Source of the DNA: Haliotis rubra
Taxonomy: Eukaryota
Direction of reading: 5' to 3'
Assembly (NCBI RefSeq): GCF_003918875.1
Contig: NW_025767042.1
Span: forward strand, 372,001 to 436,000
Length of the DNA: 64,000 nucleotides
Shown here: piece after piece, positions 37,162 to 51,484 of the stretch
Layout of the letters: each line of letters begins with the position of its first letter
Numbering within the stretch: the stretch's first letter is position 1
Position numbers and translations under genes: made by a program
The notes under the pieces: model-generated
Told to the model about the DNA's origin: nothing
Seen by the model: only the letters and a program-made list of their open reading frames with translations
The model's database searches: none

Positions 37162-40100
37162 GGAATATTGCTAAAAGTAGCATAGAACTAAAATACACAT
37201 GCTCGTGGGTACACAAAATGTCAACATCTACCACATGGTATTCAGCAAACTCTGACTGTAAGAGGTAACCTATCATGCTCATGATATCAATCACTTGATT
37301 TTCAAGTCGGAACTATTTTTTTACATACTGCTGTCATATAGTTGATATATTGCTGCGTGTTGCTTTCAACAACAAACAAAACATAGGATCAATGTCACTT
37401 CCACTACCTCATTGTAATTGGTGTTTGTCTGACAAACATGGGTACTTGGGATCACATCAGTCCCGATATTACCCCCACCCCCCAGTTCATAACAGGGCTG
37501 CTAAAGAAGATTTTGACATTAACTTGCTGCTACAACTCAGCAATATTCCAGCTATATGGCCGGGCTGTAAATAATCGAGGAGTCTGCACCCAATAAGACA
37601 GTGATCAACATCACGCGCATTGATCTATGCAATTGGGATATGATGCCATGTGTCAACCAAGTCAGCGAGTCTGACCACCCAATCCCGTTAGTCGCCTTTT
37701 TACGACAAGCATGGGTTGCTGGAGAACAATTCTAACCCGGATGTTGAAGGGTACCTAGTAGTGGTACAGTGACACAACTACAATGACCAGTTTTAACATG
37801 ACCCTCCCAATTTCTGAAACATTTCTCCTGACATCCAGTCATGGATATTGACGGTTAGAGACCTGACAGGGCAAGCGATGACAGGTGCAACAGAAAGTAT
37901 GACAGGGCAACATAAACTAGGCGGGATGTGCAGCAGGCAGGTGTCATGATGCAAGATGTTCTGTCACAATGCAAGATGTTTGTGTCACGATGCAAGATGT
38001 TCATGATGAAATACAGACAAGACGACCTGGATTTAGCCAAGCAGACATTGAATCATTAAACCAGCTTACCAAGTGAGTTGATCAGGAGAAGCAATACACT
38101 ATTTTCTTGAAAACTACCTACAAGTGACTGGTAAACATTGAAGAAAGTGAATGTGTTTCAGTTCAATGTGAGCAGGCATGTGCCTGAAAAATTGCATTAA
38201 ATTAGACATTGTTACCATGGTTACCTCCCCTTGTGTCTTGATTACCTCCCCTTATGACTTGATTACCAGACACTTGTAGACAAGAAGGTATGTAGTTTTT
38301 AGAAATAATGTGCTGGCACACATGTCATTTATATTCAGCAACTCTGTGATAAATAAACTCAAAGAAAATACCAAAATTATCACGATTATGTATTTGGAAA
38401 AATATATGGGACAAAACTGGAGTCAATGATCAGCTATTAAAGTGTCTCTATTTTCATACACTTCTCTCCAAATTTAGGCTTCTGTTTTACATCTTTTTCA
38501 TTTTGATGGTATGATTATATATATTATACAATATTTTGAATAAGATATCATGGATATGATTAATTCCAAATTGTGAATACTTTCCATTATTGCTGTTGAT
38601 TTTGGATTACACTATGGATCTTAGTACTAAGATCATGGTAACCCTCAAATGAAATATGAGTATAAACTTACTATAGTCTTAGCAGTTTGCTTGCAGTAAG
38701 CAAGTGTGCCCTAGTGAGGTTCCATAAAGTGATCTTTGCACAAAGACCATCTTATCTTGCAATCTTATAAGCGTTAAGATTGCTGGGTGAAACATTTACC
38801 GTATATGACCATAGATAAGCCGAATTTTGAGGACCAAAAAAGCAGTCTGTATAAGGGGTTTGGCTTATCTACAAGTTACACTTTCGTCAAACTTTTTTCA
38901 GGTGTTAAGAAAACAACACATATCGCTTTGTGTGAACGAACAAGAGAAAACGACTTTGCAAATTTGCAATTAAACATCACTAGACAAGATTATTTACCTT
39001 TTCAGTTCTAATCTGTTTTTGCTAGGCAAATGTCTTCTATCAAATATGTCTTAGCACTAAGAGCACTTGACACAGGGCCCAACACCTCTGACATAAATTA
39101 TAAAAAAACAATCATTTAAAACTTACCATAATTTTACATTAGTTTTGTAACAGCAGCATCCTATCTGACCATGTCCATCAAAGATGAAGTCAGTAAATAA
39201 ATATATTTTAAACAGACCATGAAGTTTTTTCTTCAATTAGTTGACCACAAAAAGCTGTAGCGACCGACACACCACAAGCAAGACTGTTCTGTAGTGCTGT
39301 ATTGACACACTTTGTCAAGGTTGAAGCTCCATAACATTGGCATAACATTCAGTTCAAGAATGAAATAGGTTTGGGGTGGGAGAAATGAATTTAGAAACAA
39401 TTGGTTAAATAGCCCTAAAACAATTTGTTAAGAGGTTTTCAGCCCCTCGTAGGGAAAAAAGATCTTACTACTCATCTTTTGACAGGGTAAACATGTCATT
39501 CTGTGTCAATATTTATCTTACATAGGTTGGACTGGTTGTTTGTTGTTTAATGCCACGCTCCGCAATATTGCAGCTATATGGCGGCGGTCTGTAAACAATC
39601 AAGTCTGTACCAGACAATCTAGTGATCAACATCATGAGCATCGTTATATGCAATTGGGATACGATGACGTGTGGCAACCAATTCAGCGAGCCTGACCACC
39701 CAATCCCGTTAGTTGCCTCTTACGACAAACATGGGTTGCTGAGGACTAATATTAACCCGGATCTTCACAGGTATATTCAACATAGGAAACTCATTGTTTT
39801 CAATCATGGATTATCCTTATCAAAAGTTGAGTAGTGTGTCCTGTCACTAACAAACATCCCATCTGTCCATCCCCAAAATAGTCAAAGGTACTTCCAAAGG
39901 TCCCCCGAATCTTTCTCATTAATATTATGCTTTTGACAAGCATTCTGGACTTTCATCCTCAATGGACATCAAGCACATCATTACAGCCCTAATGAGACAT
40001 AAGCAGGTGTCATGACGTCATGCAGGTTTCGTGAGATGTCATGCAGGAGTGAGTGGGTGGGTGAGCAGAAGGTGAAGAGAAGAGTCCTACCCAGCAATGT

Positions 40101-40399
40101 ATGAGGTGGGCCACCTGGGCCTTCCCAGTGTTTAGAATCTGCATAAACACAAACACACAATCCCAGACAACTGCAGCAGACAGTCCCCCCTCATCAGACA
40201 ACAGTTGTCACACCAGAAGATGCAGTTACCATGGTTACAGTTCACCTGCACTTTTCACCACCTGTTACCTGTAATGTTTTTGTCACCTTTCACCCTTCTT
40301 GTGTTGATACACACGAGGTCACACTGTTTTTTCAACAGCTTGCCAAATCCTCACATCATATCAAACCCTTAGTTAATCTAACTCTTAGTTAGCACAGTG

Positions 40400-41045
40400 G
40401 AACAAACTATGCTTACAAGTTTCAGGGCGACCTGAAGGATACATTAAATGGAGATACTAATAGAAAACTGAGGACGTATAAGACTTTTAAACACGAATAT
40501 GGATGCGAAGTTAATGTCACATGCCAAGGAAACATTGAAGTGCGCTATCCAAGTTTAGATGTGGTGTCACCCTTTTGAAAATAGAGACTGGCCGATATGA
40601 GAACATCCCTGCAGGAAATAGACTTTGTTGTAATTGTTTAACCTGTGTTGAAGATGAAGCTCACGTTTTACTGAACTGTCCGCTATATACACGTTTTACA
40701 AGTGATCTTCTAAAGCTTTGCTGTGTTAAATTTCCTTTTTTTACTGATTTTACAGCGCCTCAGCAACTTGCCCTTATTTCTACATGTGAAGAGTTTATTT
40801 TTAATTTAGGCAAAATCTGCTGGAATATTTTAGAACATACATGCTTATTACTGTACAAATAACTTTATGGTGTGTTTCACATTCTTAAGATTTATATACT
40901 TACGTGTTTTTACATTGTACAAAGGATTGTCTTCTTATGTGTAACATCTCTCATAAATCGCTTTGCGATTGGTCGCTTTTATATATTGTATCACTTAAAT
41001 GTATTATGTTTGTGTGAGTGAGATGTAAATAAACTATTCTGTCTG
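40400..41045 (+). pseudogene. 3' end of a LINE (C-terminal Cys/His knuckle plus 3' UTR)
   Basis: SKFRCGVTLLKIETGRYENIPAGNRLCCNCLTCVEDEAHVLLNCPLY, then AATAAA and a short tctg repeat tail. Confidence 0.78.
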
Positions 41046-44000
41046 CCCTTTTACTTTGGTTTACAGAACACTTATACAATGAATACATCATCTTGTAAAA
41101 ATTAAGCACTTATCCTGTGTTCTAAATCAATAGGTGCCTTGGGTTATTGAATTTTTCTGTATTTGGTACCTGGAACCCCTAATTTTTTAACATCATGGTT
41201 ATTGCAAGGACACAACCACTATATTAAGTTTGAACAGACCTCAACCCTCACTTCTGTATCTATACAATATGACCATATTCAGCACCCACTCCCTAATAAG
41301 CACCCCCATTAGAATTACACATCATGCAGAGCACCCCTGCAGTCCTTCTAGTATGACCCCGATTCGATTTTGACAAGCATGTGTATGGGATCGGCCACAA
41401 TACCCACTGTTCAAGTAAGTGACCCCACCTTGCATACCATGGACAAAATGGCTTGCATTTCAGTAGATCTAGACTAAAACCATTTGGACTAATTATGTTT
41501 CAGCAGTTCTATCATTCAAACAGTGAAAGTATCAGCTATACATTATAATGAAAATATCTAATTAATGATAACCAACCACTAGACATGATGATTTAACATT
41601 AACATGATATTTCAGGTTCAACTTGGCATCCTCCAAGTCTCCATATCTCATCATCCATGAAGATCCGGGCTAGAATTCATCTTCATCAACCCATCCTTGT
41701 CATATAGCTGGATAATTGCTGAGTGAGTCAGTTTAGTCTCATGTCCTTTTTAGCAATATTCCAGCAATATCACGGAGGGGAACGCCAGAAATGGGCTTCA
41801 CAAAGGAAAATTGCTGAGTGCGGCATTTACAACAAACATCCGTATCTCACATTGTCATAAACCCACACTGATACCATGAGCCATTTCTGTCGTTCTTGTA
41901 AACTCAAATTACCTGCCCTTGTTTTTCAACAATCAGTTTGATTTTCTACACTTACCAGCCTTACAGAGAAATCAAAATGTGAGTTACAGTTACAAAATTA
42001 TAGTGACGATATCAACAATCTTGTTACCAGTCCCACTGTTTACAAGGCTTTGCAAGAAATTCAACATTGAAAACCTGACAGATATGCAAAAGAAAGGCCT
42101 AAAAAATTCTGACCGAAAAGATGTCTCAAGTTCTCCCTTACCATTTTCCTTTTAACAAGCCTTGACGTTTGATTGGTCAGTACAATACAAGGTGAGCTTT
42201 TTGAGATCACAAGAGCATGGATTTAGGTGTTAGTGTAGGTATATTGAAATGTGAGCCCTGGTGATATCGAGGACTGGAAGGTATATTGAAATGTGAGCCC
42301 TGGTGATATGCAGAGGTTAAAATAACTATGAGTACCGGTACATGCTAGTTTTAGAGTTACATGCTCAAAACAAATTCTATGCATAAGGAAAAAATATCAG
42401 AACTCGCAGCTGTATTTTTAATAAATAAATGTTAACCATTCACAATGAAATACACAAGTCGCAGTGAACTTCAAAGGCTGAAGAACAAATGACAGGATTC
42501 TGGAAACAATAGCTACATGGGTGTACCCGTGAAAGTTGCACAACTTGATTTCATCAATTCAGGCCTATCTCATGGTAAATTTTGGTTATGAACAAAGACA
42601 TTTTCACTATGACACTCATCCTCTTTGATCAAGTGTACCAGATCTCGAATCATGATTAATACCATCAACCCATTCACTAACAAAGCTTCAGTCCGATTTG
42701 TAAGACACTATGCTAAATATAATCATCCAATCAAATCCTATATTCCTTCATGAATGAAACAAGCAGCAACAGCATACAGCAGCAGCCATCTGCCTAAGTA
42801 TGTAAGTTCAGATGTTCTGACTGACATAAATTATCCCACATGCTGCATCTTGGACAGCCAACAATTTGACAGCCAGACTTTTGGACAGCCCAGGGCTCAA
42901 CAGCTAGCTCCTTACATCAACAACCATGCGCAGAGCTCTCTATACTATCACCGATACCAGGCTCCCTGTCATCGCTGACGGCAACAACCATGTATGGAGC
43001 TGATCTAACAACCAACTGACCATTACGTTTACAAACAAGTGATCACTGTCATGGCACCAAAAACTCTTCCACTAGCTAAACTGTTTTTTTAATTAGTCAA
43101 TTTCTATTCATCATAATGATCTGTAATTATGGAATAATAAGAATAAAAGGGGTAAGTTAGGAGCTTTTCCGTTCGGCAGCAATCCAGACAGATTCAACAG
43201 ACAACTGACTGACTGACTGAGTTTGGTTTTACGCCGCTTTCAGCAATATTCTAGCAACATCACGGCGGGGGACACCAGATATGGGCTTCACACATTGTAC
43301 CCATGTGGGGATTCGAACCCGGGTCTTCAGCGTGACGAGCCAACGCTTTAACCATTAGGCTACCCCACCGCCCCTCAACAGACAAACATAAATATGTCGG
43401 AAATATAGTACGTAAGCTGTAAACCTTCTGAAAACTCACTAACATTCCTAAACCATGCACAGAGTCTTGTAATAACAGCTGCACACTTTTGTTGCGATCA
43501 TACAAGGAGGATAAGAGAGATTCACGGAGACAGTCAGTAAAAAGTAACAAGTACCCTTTAATCCCACACTGATATACACTGACTAAACTTGTTAAACACA
43601 AAGATAACTGACATAACATTTCCATTAATTGAAAATTGAAATTCCTGTCTTAAAATTCAGATACAAAACTATATGACCTATATGCAAGAACTAAATAATG
43701 TCACACAGCTTAATAGGACGTCCACTCTGGACAATACATTGTACTCAGTATGCCTTGCAGTTGAAGACATTATCAACTCAAAACAAAAACTAAGTTTGTT
43801 TACATAAATAAATTTCACTGCATTTTCATCAAAATATCCCAATCTAATCAATCCATCATTATTTCATAGGCCACTTCATTCTGTGTGGGGATGTGTCTTG
43901 TGATAATGTTATCGGGTTGAACATGTTACCATGGTTACAAGCCAAGCAAAGAAAATAGCATCCACTCTACTGTCTTTATTATCATCATCCCTCCATTAAA

Positions 44001-44815
44001 TTTTCACAAACATTCTGAGTCTTTTTTCACTGCCTTGTTTTGAATCCGGTTTGAAATTAGCAATCTAATCAAATTACCCAGTTGTGTCTGAAACAAGTGA
44101 TTTCCTCAATACCAAACTCACACCTGTGAAAGCCTGCAAGCACAGGTATTCACTCCCCGATTTTATACTCAGGAAAATATTATCCTGCTACTAAATATCA
44201 AGAATCTACATCGACAGGTAAAGTTGAGTCCTTCTAAATTGTTGTATTTAACCTTAGGCCAGACCAATTTTATTTCTTGTTTTACAGAGTTTTGTCCTCA
44301 GAAAACAAAGGCAGGAGGGAAAAAATAAAGTAAAATCCAAGTCAAAGCAAAACCCACATGAGCTTCCATGTTAATTCTTATGGTTTGTTTATATCCTAAA
44401 AATTAGTGAGTTTAGGTTTCACACTGATTTCACTTATCACATTAGAATTTTATATTTTTTGTTTTAATTTTTATTTTTATTATTGTCCTCAAGAAACCCC
44501 AAAGGCAGGTGGCCTTATAAACAGGAAATATTCTGGAAAAATGGTCAAAGAGAGAGGGATGATGAAATAAAACTAGAAACGGAAGGTGACATAAAGCTTC
44601 AGTGGCAAAATATGTCCAGGGTATTTATCATAAAAGAGACACACTAAACGACTTTGGTGAATATTTGTAATGCCACAAATAGAAATATCCCACAGAAACG
44701 TTGAGTACCATACATTTTGAACACCATGTAAATGAAATTTACCCTGACGTTCGTGATAGGTGGAGCATGGTGAAAGAAAACCAAGGCAACACAATACCAT
44801 GTAAAGGTCACTCAC

Positions 44816-44970
44816 CCATGAAAATACCTAGGTTTGGATGAAATGATCTCACTCTTATGCAATATTGCCCATGCGATTTGTCACACACACCAGTGATCTC
44901 AACCATCAATTTGGCATGGTGAAAGTCATGATGATACTGCACTACTGCAATGCTAGTACATGTTCCAACT
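44816..44970 (-). CDS. SLC66A2: PQLC1 middle coding exon, recognisable but frameshifted and scrambled in this sequence
   Basis: Minus strand carries ordered fragments SIIMTFTM, MVE..CV and HKSEIISSKPR ending at a G|gtgagt donor, collinear with the expected FG..FE.PLL.QS.IM..TML.M..LC exon. Interleaved with sequence identical to 46860-47050. The 5' boundary is approximate. Confidence 0.6.
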
Positions 44971-46174
44971 TGCATAGCAATGAAAAGGACAGGGTTCAAG
45001 TAAAAATGCTTAAAAGAATCGTAACCTGTAGAACGTGGTTTTGGTGAAAGCTGTAATTAAGTACACAAAATAGCAGTAATTCTATCAAAATAAACTATCA
45101 ACAAAAAACATGATATTACTTGGCCTTTATGCCATATATGTATAATCAGTGAATGAAATAAGGCGCGTCCGACCGCCCAAATGGTCTAGATTTCTGACGG
45201 ACGGTCTAAATTTACAGCTAGCCAGCCCAATGGTATGGTAATTTTTTTTAGATATTCCATAACATCTGAGTAAATTCACCATATTTGGTCTGATTAAATC
45301 CATTTGGGGCTGGTAATATTTAGAAGTTACCAGCCCTCATGTGGCTGGAAGTTTACTTATTTAATATAGGCCGATGGTCTGGTAATTATGCAAATTTAGA
45401 AACTCAATTCCTATTAAGTCTATTAGCATTATAACATCTTGAAGTTTAAATTCACCATGTGATTTGGTCATACACGAAAATGTCAAAAATCTATTTGGAT
45501 AGGCTGGTAGGTATTTCAGGACATGAAGTTACTTGCAGTCTTTCAGCCCTGATATTCGATCAAATATAAATAACAAACATTAACATTAAAACTTTTTGTA
45601 TTTTTAAAATTTAATACCAATTGAGTTTGACTGGTATAATGTTTATTTGTTTACTCAAAGGAAAATTGTCTTATACTATGTCGGGTCATCCAAAAGTTAT
45701 CTGGATGCACAAGATAATGCAGGTGTCTTATATATGTCGGGTCAATGGATGACTGCGTTACAGCAATGGATGACTGTATTATAATTATACCAAGTCAGAT
45801 CCTCTTTTTTTTCGAGTCAAAGATCTGACCAACCAGACAAGAGATCAAACTGTTTGATCTGTTATGCGGCAGTGTTGATCATTGTGGAACAATGTTCCAA
45901 GTGTAATGAATTGTCATGGTCAAAACTAGAAAAAAAATGTAAATACCAGTATCTGAATAAAACTAGAACAAATATGTTTTGAATAACTACAAACTTCAAA
46001 AGAAACACATTACACTGCTTATTGAACAAAGATGACTGATAAATGGCTGAGTAATAGGGTCTTCAAGTTGACTTTCTTGTTGGACATGTAACCATGGTTA
46101 CACAGACAAAACAAGCATACACACTAAGAACAATTTCAATCATCATTGAAAGTTCATTCAACCCAGCTGTCTTA

Positions 46175-46438
<264 letters not shown>

Positions 46439-46688
46439 TTACATCATGTTGAGCAATAACAGCACCTGGAACAAGAAGAACACAGACTCAAATACTACAA
46501 ACAGAAATTGGGTAGATAATGGAGTAGATCCATGTTTGTATGTTCTGTTACGTCATTCAGCAATTTTCAATTGATATCATTGTAGCCTGTTTTTTATCCA
46601 GTCTGGGCCAGACAAAGCAGTTGTTGATATTACAAAGAATGTCTCGTGTCAATGGAGAACATTGACCAGTGTTGACTGACACTGAGTT

Positions 46689-47165
46689 TAGGGCTGCAAT
46701 ATTTCAGCAATACACTATGTGGTGAATATGATACCGCCCATCATGAATGTTGAATATGATACGTATCATGAATTTTAACGAATACGAATGATTATTCACG
46801 AATATAATATTGTAGTTAAGTGATTGATGCACTTTATGGAACGTCCATGTTGACAGTTTTGATTTGTCATAGCAATAACCAGTGATCTCATGACACTCCA
46901 ATTTGGTATGTAATAGTTATAGTCGACAGTACCATGTGCAGTCTTGGCAAACTAACATGACTTGCACTACTGCAATGCTAGTACATGTTCCATTCTTGCA
47001 TATCTCACTTTGGAAAGGACATAAGGGTTCAAGTAAAACATGCTGCCTTAAAAAAATCAAAAATAGTCGTTAATATTCGGTTCTGGTGACCACGAATAAC
47101 GAATTGAATTCATGAAGGGCTACGGTTCGATTCAGCGAATATGCGAGTGAATCTTTTCAGCCTTA
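46689..47165. mobile_element. hAT-like MITE
   Basis: tagggctg...cagcctta termini with internal cgaat/attcg subterminal repeats. Confidence 0.45.
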
Positions 47166-47797
47166 GTGTTCATAACATGTTGGGGCGGTGGGGTAGCCTA
47201 GCGGGTAAAGCATTCACTCATCACGTCGAAGACCTGGGTTTGATTCCCCACATTTGTACAATGTGTGAAGCCAATTCCTGGTGTTCCCCGCCATGATATT
47301 GCTAAAAGTGGAGTAACACCCAACTCACTCACCAGTGTCATCAGCCAGTGTACATGTATTCCAAAGCCAGCAATAATTATGTCTGGCTTGAAATTACCAT
47401 TAGGGTAAATCTATCATTTGACCATTGGTTTTTGAACAGCAGTGTTTGCTCCTTATAACTGGGTGGGTTGACTCACAGACATTGTAAAAACAGCGTTCGA
47501 AATACCTGCCTGCCCAACCGCCCGGGACGGGTTATTTCCAAGACGGACTACCAGATTCCAGAGGTGCAGATAAGCTGGGTGTCTGCGTAAATTACGCATA
47601 TTTTTATGTGAAAACTCAATTCCTATTAAGTCTTTTGCGTACAATTACGCATTTATTTTTGTAAATACTCGATAAATTTGATCTTACATGCATACACACA
47701 AAAATGTCAAATTTTAGCTTGCGTACCGGGTGAATTAGGTTCTGTTACCAAACCTACTAGAATTGGGGGTAAGCAGACCCATGTGCTACAGATGGAG

Positions 47798-47965
47798 TGA
47801 GTGAGTGAATGAGTTTGGTTTTACGCCGCTTTTAGCAATATTCCAGCAATATCACGGCGGGGGACACCAGAAATGAGCTTCACACAATGTACCCATGTGG
47901 GGATTCGAACCCGGGTCTTCGGTGTGGCGAGCGAATGCTTTAACCACTAGGCTACCCCACCGCCC
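47798..47965 (-). mobile_element. Family A tRNA-Asp-like SINE (~165 bp), representative full-length copy
   Basis: TSD tgctacagatggag; head with GTC anticodon-like arm and GGTTCGA B box; (tcac)n tail. Other copies start near 6897, 7714, 7991, 8680, 8889, 12991, 19263, 20318, 20412, 21998, 22310, 23995, 24220, 26381, 26989, 27294, 29684, 31350, 31828, 36786, 41725, 43205, 47181, 56095, 57706, 59962, 63105 and 63525. Confidence 0.9.
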
Positions 47966-49865
47966 TGCTACAGATGGAGGTTACTGAGGATCGATGAAAT
48001 AACTGAGGTATACTGAGAGGTTCTATTTCAGCACATGAACTTGGCAACTTTCTTATCGTTTCTCATATTACAGATCAAATATAAATAAAAAAACACGGAA
48101 ACCAACATTTAAAACTTTTTAAATACCCAATTGAGTTTGTGTGAGGTGGGTACAATTTATTTGGTTACTCAAAGGAAAATTAGAATACCCAATTGAGATG
48201 AACACAAGCGAGTACATAAATCAATGAACCAAAAAGTTATCTGTAGCTCTGAGATTCTCAAATTCACCCGACCAATTAGCCAGATGGGTTAAAATTTAAA
48301 TATGTATATATGAAGATATTTTGTGGGCAGGTAAGTTTTGGTCAGGTCTGGCAAGTTTTACATCTAACCAGCCCTGTGGTCTGGCTGAAATTTTTCGGAC
48401 TTTCATACCCTGGTAAAAAACTTGGATGAAGGCTTGTGGTTATTTGTCTTTAATAAGCAAGTGACGTGTTTTACAATTGTACATATGTGAAAAAACAACA
48501 GATGTTCTTATAGTCCAAAAATCCATAACAGGATGACAATAGTTTTTGACATATTGGACAAACGTTGGATCTCCAGCAGTTTTTCGATTTCACTTAGGAC
48601 TCATTTGGCACGTTTCGTTCAGTTTTCGTGAATGGTATCGCTACTTGTACCATACATGTCATAGAAATGTATTGCTGTAGCCCTGGTTCCGCCATCACGG
48701 TTTGTAACCAGGTTACACAGCTTGTAAATTTCCATTTTCCTAAGTAAGTAAATAACAACCTGTTACAATTTGAACATACTGACGTATTGTCCCTAAAACC
48801 GAAAGGTTTTGGTAAATACTCCGGTTTACAATGTTCCAAAATAACCTTACTATATTTTACATCAAGGACGGTATTCTGGTTTCACTTCAGATAACATTCG
48901 TCATTTTCCTCATGTTGACACCGGTTTCACTATCTACAACGTACTTCCTGTGTGTCAGAGTGCTCTCCCCTTGTGAAACATAATATACGGCGTACAACTA
49001 GATTGTACATTTTGCATTTGTTATATATATGTTCATCAGTGTGTTGTGATTGTCGTATTTGTGCGACCCAGACGCAATTCCAGCATTTAAGCCAACATTA
49101 TTGTAGAAGGCTGTCTGGATGCATTCTAAAGAGCCTCACTATAAGTTTTCGACACAGAGAGTTAAAGCTTTAATTGACAATATAGGTACCACAACGCACG
49201 CGAAATAGTTTCCAAATTTTGTTGGCCAGTCGGGCTAGTAATGCCTGAAAGTTACTAGCCCACAAAATAGTTCACTAGCCCCAAATTTGAATGCAGAAAC
49301 TAAACAAAAAGATTACCAAAATAGATGAGAATAAGATATTGTCGGAACGACACGGGTTTCACCATTAAGCTGCTAATATGATGAACATTTTTATCAGGCC
49401 ATAATGTTGCATGAATTAAAAGTGTTTTATAACTTAATAAGTCGAAGAGCGTGATATATTTACAAAATGACCCCATGAATATTCACGAGCCAGTCGGGCC
49501 AGTGACTGTGCAAATTTACTGGCCCGACTGGATTTTTACTAACCACGGGCTAGCGGGCCAGTGGCTATTTCGCACACTTCCACAACGTCAATCTGTGACA
49601 CTGGAAACCGAGTCACAAATCAAATATATCCCAAATTAATTACGTAAATCGACAGGTTGCTCACCATCCATGTTTGTTTTTACCCCCCAACCAACCCTTT
49701 CTTCCCAAAATATACTCTGTCCAAACAGAGACCATTTGTGTTATATGGTCTCTGATCCAAAACACGTAGAAAGGCAGTCGTTTAGTAACTCGCGCACACA
49801 CACTACACACACTGAATTTCAAATACATAATGCGACCGCCACCTCACCAACACACTCAACCTTAC

Positions 49866-50100
49866 CTGTGTGTATGGAATGTTCAGACCAGTCAGTTGTC
49901 TCCGTGGTTCTATATTCCAACCATATTTCGCCGATGCCCTGTGCTATATCTCTCACTGAGGAACTTACCCTCAGAAGTCCCAGGGAAGAAACAGTGTACA
50001 CAAACAGTGTATCCACTTACGCAACACATACCAGTACTACATAACACTACAATGCCCACGTCAGTTACTATCAGCCACTAAACAAAGCCGGCTGCAAACA
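49866..50100 (-). other. Candidate non-coding first exon(s) of PQLC1
   Basis: Repeat-free island upstream of the 46465 acceptor with three consensus minus-strand gtaag donors (near 49861, 49964, 50016). Boundaries unknown. Confidence 0.3.
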
Positions 50101-50281
50101 CAATATTTACTTCGACTCCACTGCACCATGCAAGGGATTATATGTGTTTGGCTTGAGTCGATAAATAAAGCTGCCACATTCTCTATTCAACAGTCAGTGT
50201 CAATGTAACGAGCCCCAGTAACCCAGTGGGTCAGTTGAGGAATATGGAATTTCTGATCAACGCGGTAGAAATTATCGATTA

Positions 50282-50805
50282 ATACATAGAGAATCTCACC
50301 CAAGTGTCTACTGTTATCAATTATATCAACACGAGTTGATAAAGTGTTTTTACCTTTATCAACGAGTGTTGATATAATTGATATCAGTAGACACGAGGGT
50401 GAGATTCTATTTATCATCAAAAATCATTCTTCATTAGTTTTCAATGACAAATAGATAATCTCACCAAAGTGTCTTCTGATATCAATTATATCAACACGAG
50501 TTGATAAAGTTACAAATATCCGAGGCTTGCCGAGGATATTTTCACTTTATCAACGAGTGTTGATATATCAGAAGACACGAGGGTGAGATTCTATTTATCA
50601 TCCAAAATCACTCTTCATTAATTTTCAATGAAAAATGTACATCTCTGAACATGGTACTGCCATTAGACTTGCAGTGCAGCGATGTCATAGCATTGTGACG
50701 TCATCAAGTACATGACGTCATAGCATTGTCAGGGCATTGTACAAGGCGATATCGTTTGATCTCACACAAGCGATATCTCCTGTGGAACACAGTTTTGGAT
50801 GATAA
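50282..50805 (+). mobile_element. Crypton-like non-autonomous element with a tandemly duplicated palindromic end
   Basis: Long subterminal palindrome centred on aaatatccgaggcttgccgaggatattt; the end is duplicated (50282-50445 vs 50450-50625). Family name is an inference from the CGAGGCnnGCCGAG motif. Confidence 0.5.
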
Positions 50806-51484
50806 AGATGACTCTAACCTCGAAATGATAGGTGACATATGTATGTTTGTATACACACTGACTTTGTGTATCTAACAGGACTGTTTACAAACGGGTCCGT
50901 GGAAACGTCTGTGTCATCAGTTACATATGACACGTTCCAAACGGTATTGTGATTTCATAGCCTTTCATAGCCCACATAGAAATTAAATTATTCAACTAAG
51001 TAATGTTCATTATGCTATGTGGGCATTCATGCCCCACTGGTTTTATGGGATTAGGAAGGGTTATTGCTGGACTGGTCCATTATTGACCGCAATATTCATA
51101 TCGAAACGTTACAATGTTTACAGTGATAAATTGAGAATTACCATTGAACTGCATTTTCATAAATGCCACAAATATACACAAAGAACGTAATTAACCACCA
51201 CCACCCCAACGCATTAACACCCTGACCAGATACCTCCCATCTTTTCTCTTTATCCACTACCCCATGGATAATTGGAGCATATACTCGTGCTAATTAAAAG
51301 ATCACAAACACATCGTACACACAATGTACTGGATTAGCCTTTCCATAAAACCAAGCAGATAGTCAGTATCATAAATACATGTTCATCAGTTTTCAGTGCA
51401 AACGTTATAAAAAAATTAACCATGATTGAATATAGTGATTAGGGTGTGGTTGTGTCCTATAAGGAGAACAAGATATCAAGAAGA

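Noticed and set aside
40265-40350. GFGKLLKK... as the missing PQLC1 FG-exon
   Set aside because: No similarity beyond FGK and incompatible splice phase; the real exon fragments lie at 44816-44970.
47798-47965. tRNA-Asp-like and other tRNA-like sequences at SINE heads
   Set aside because: Each continues into a SINE body, microsatellite tail and TSD, with no proper acceptor stem. They are not tRNA genes.
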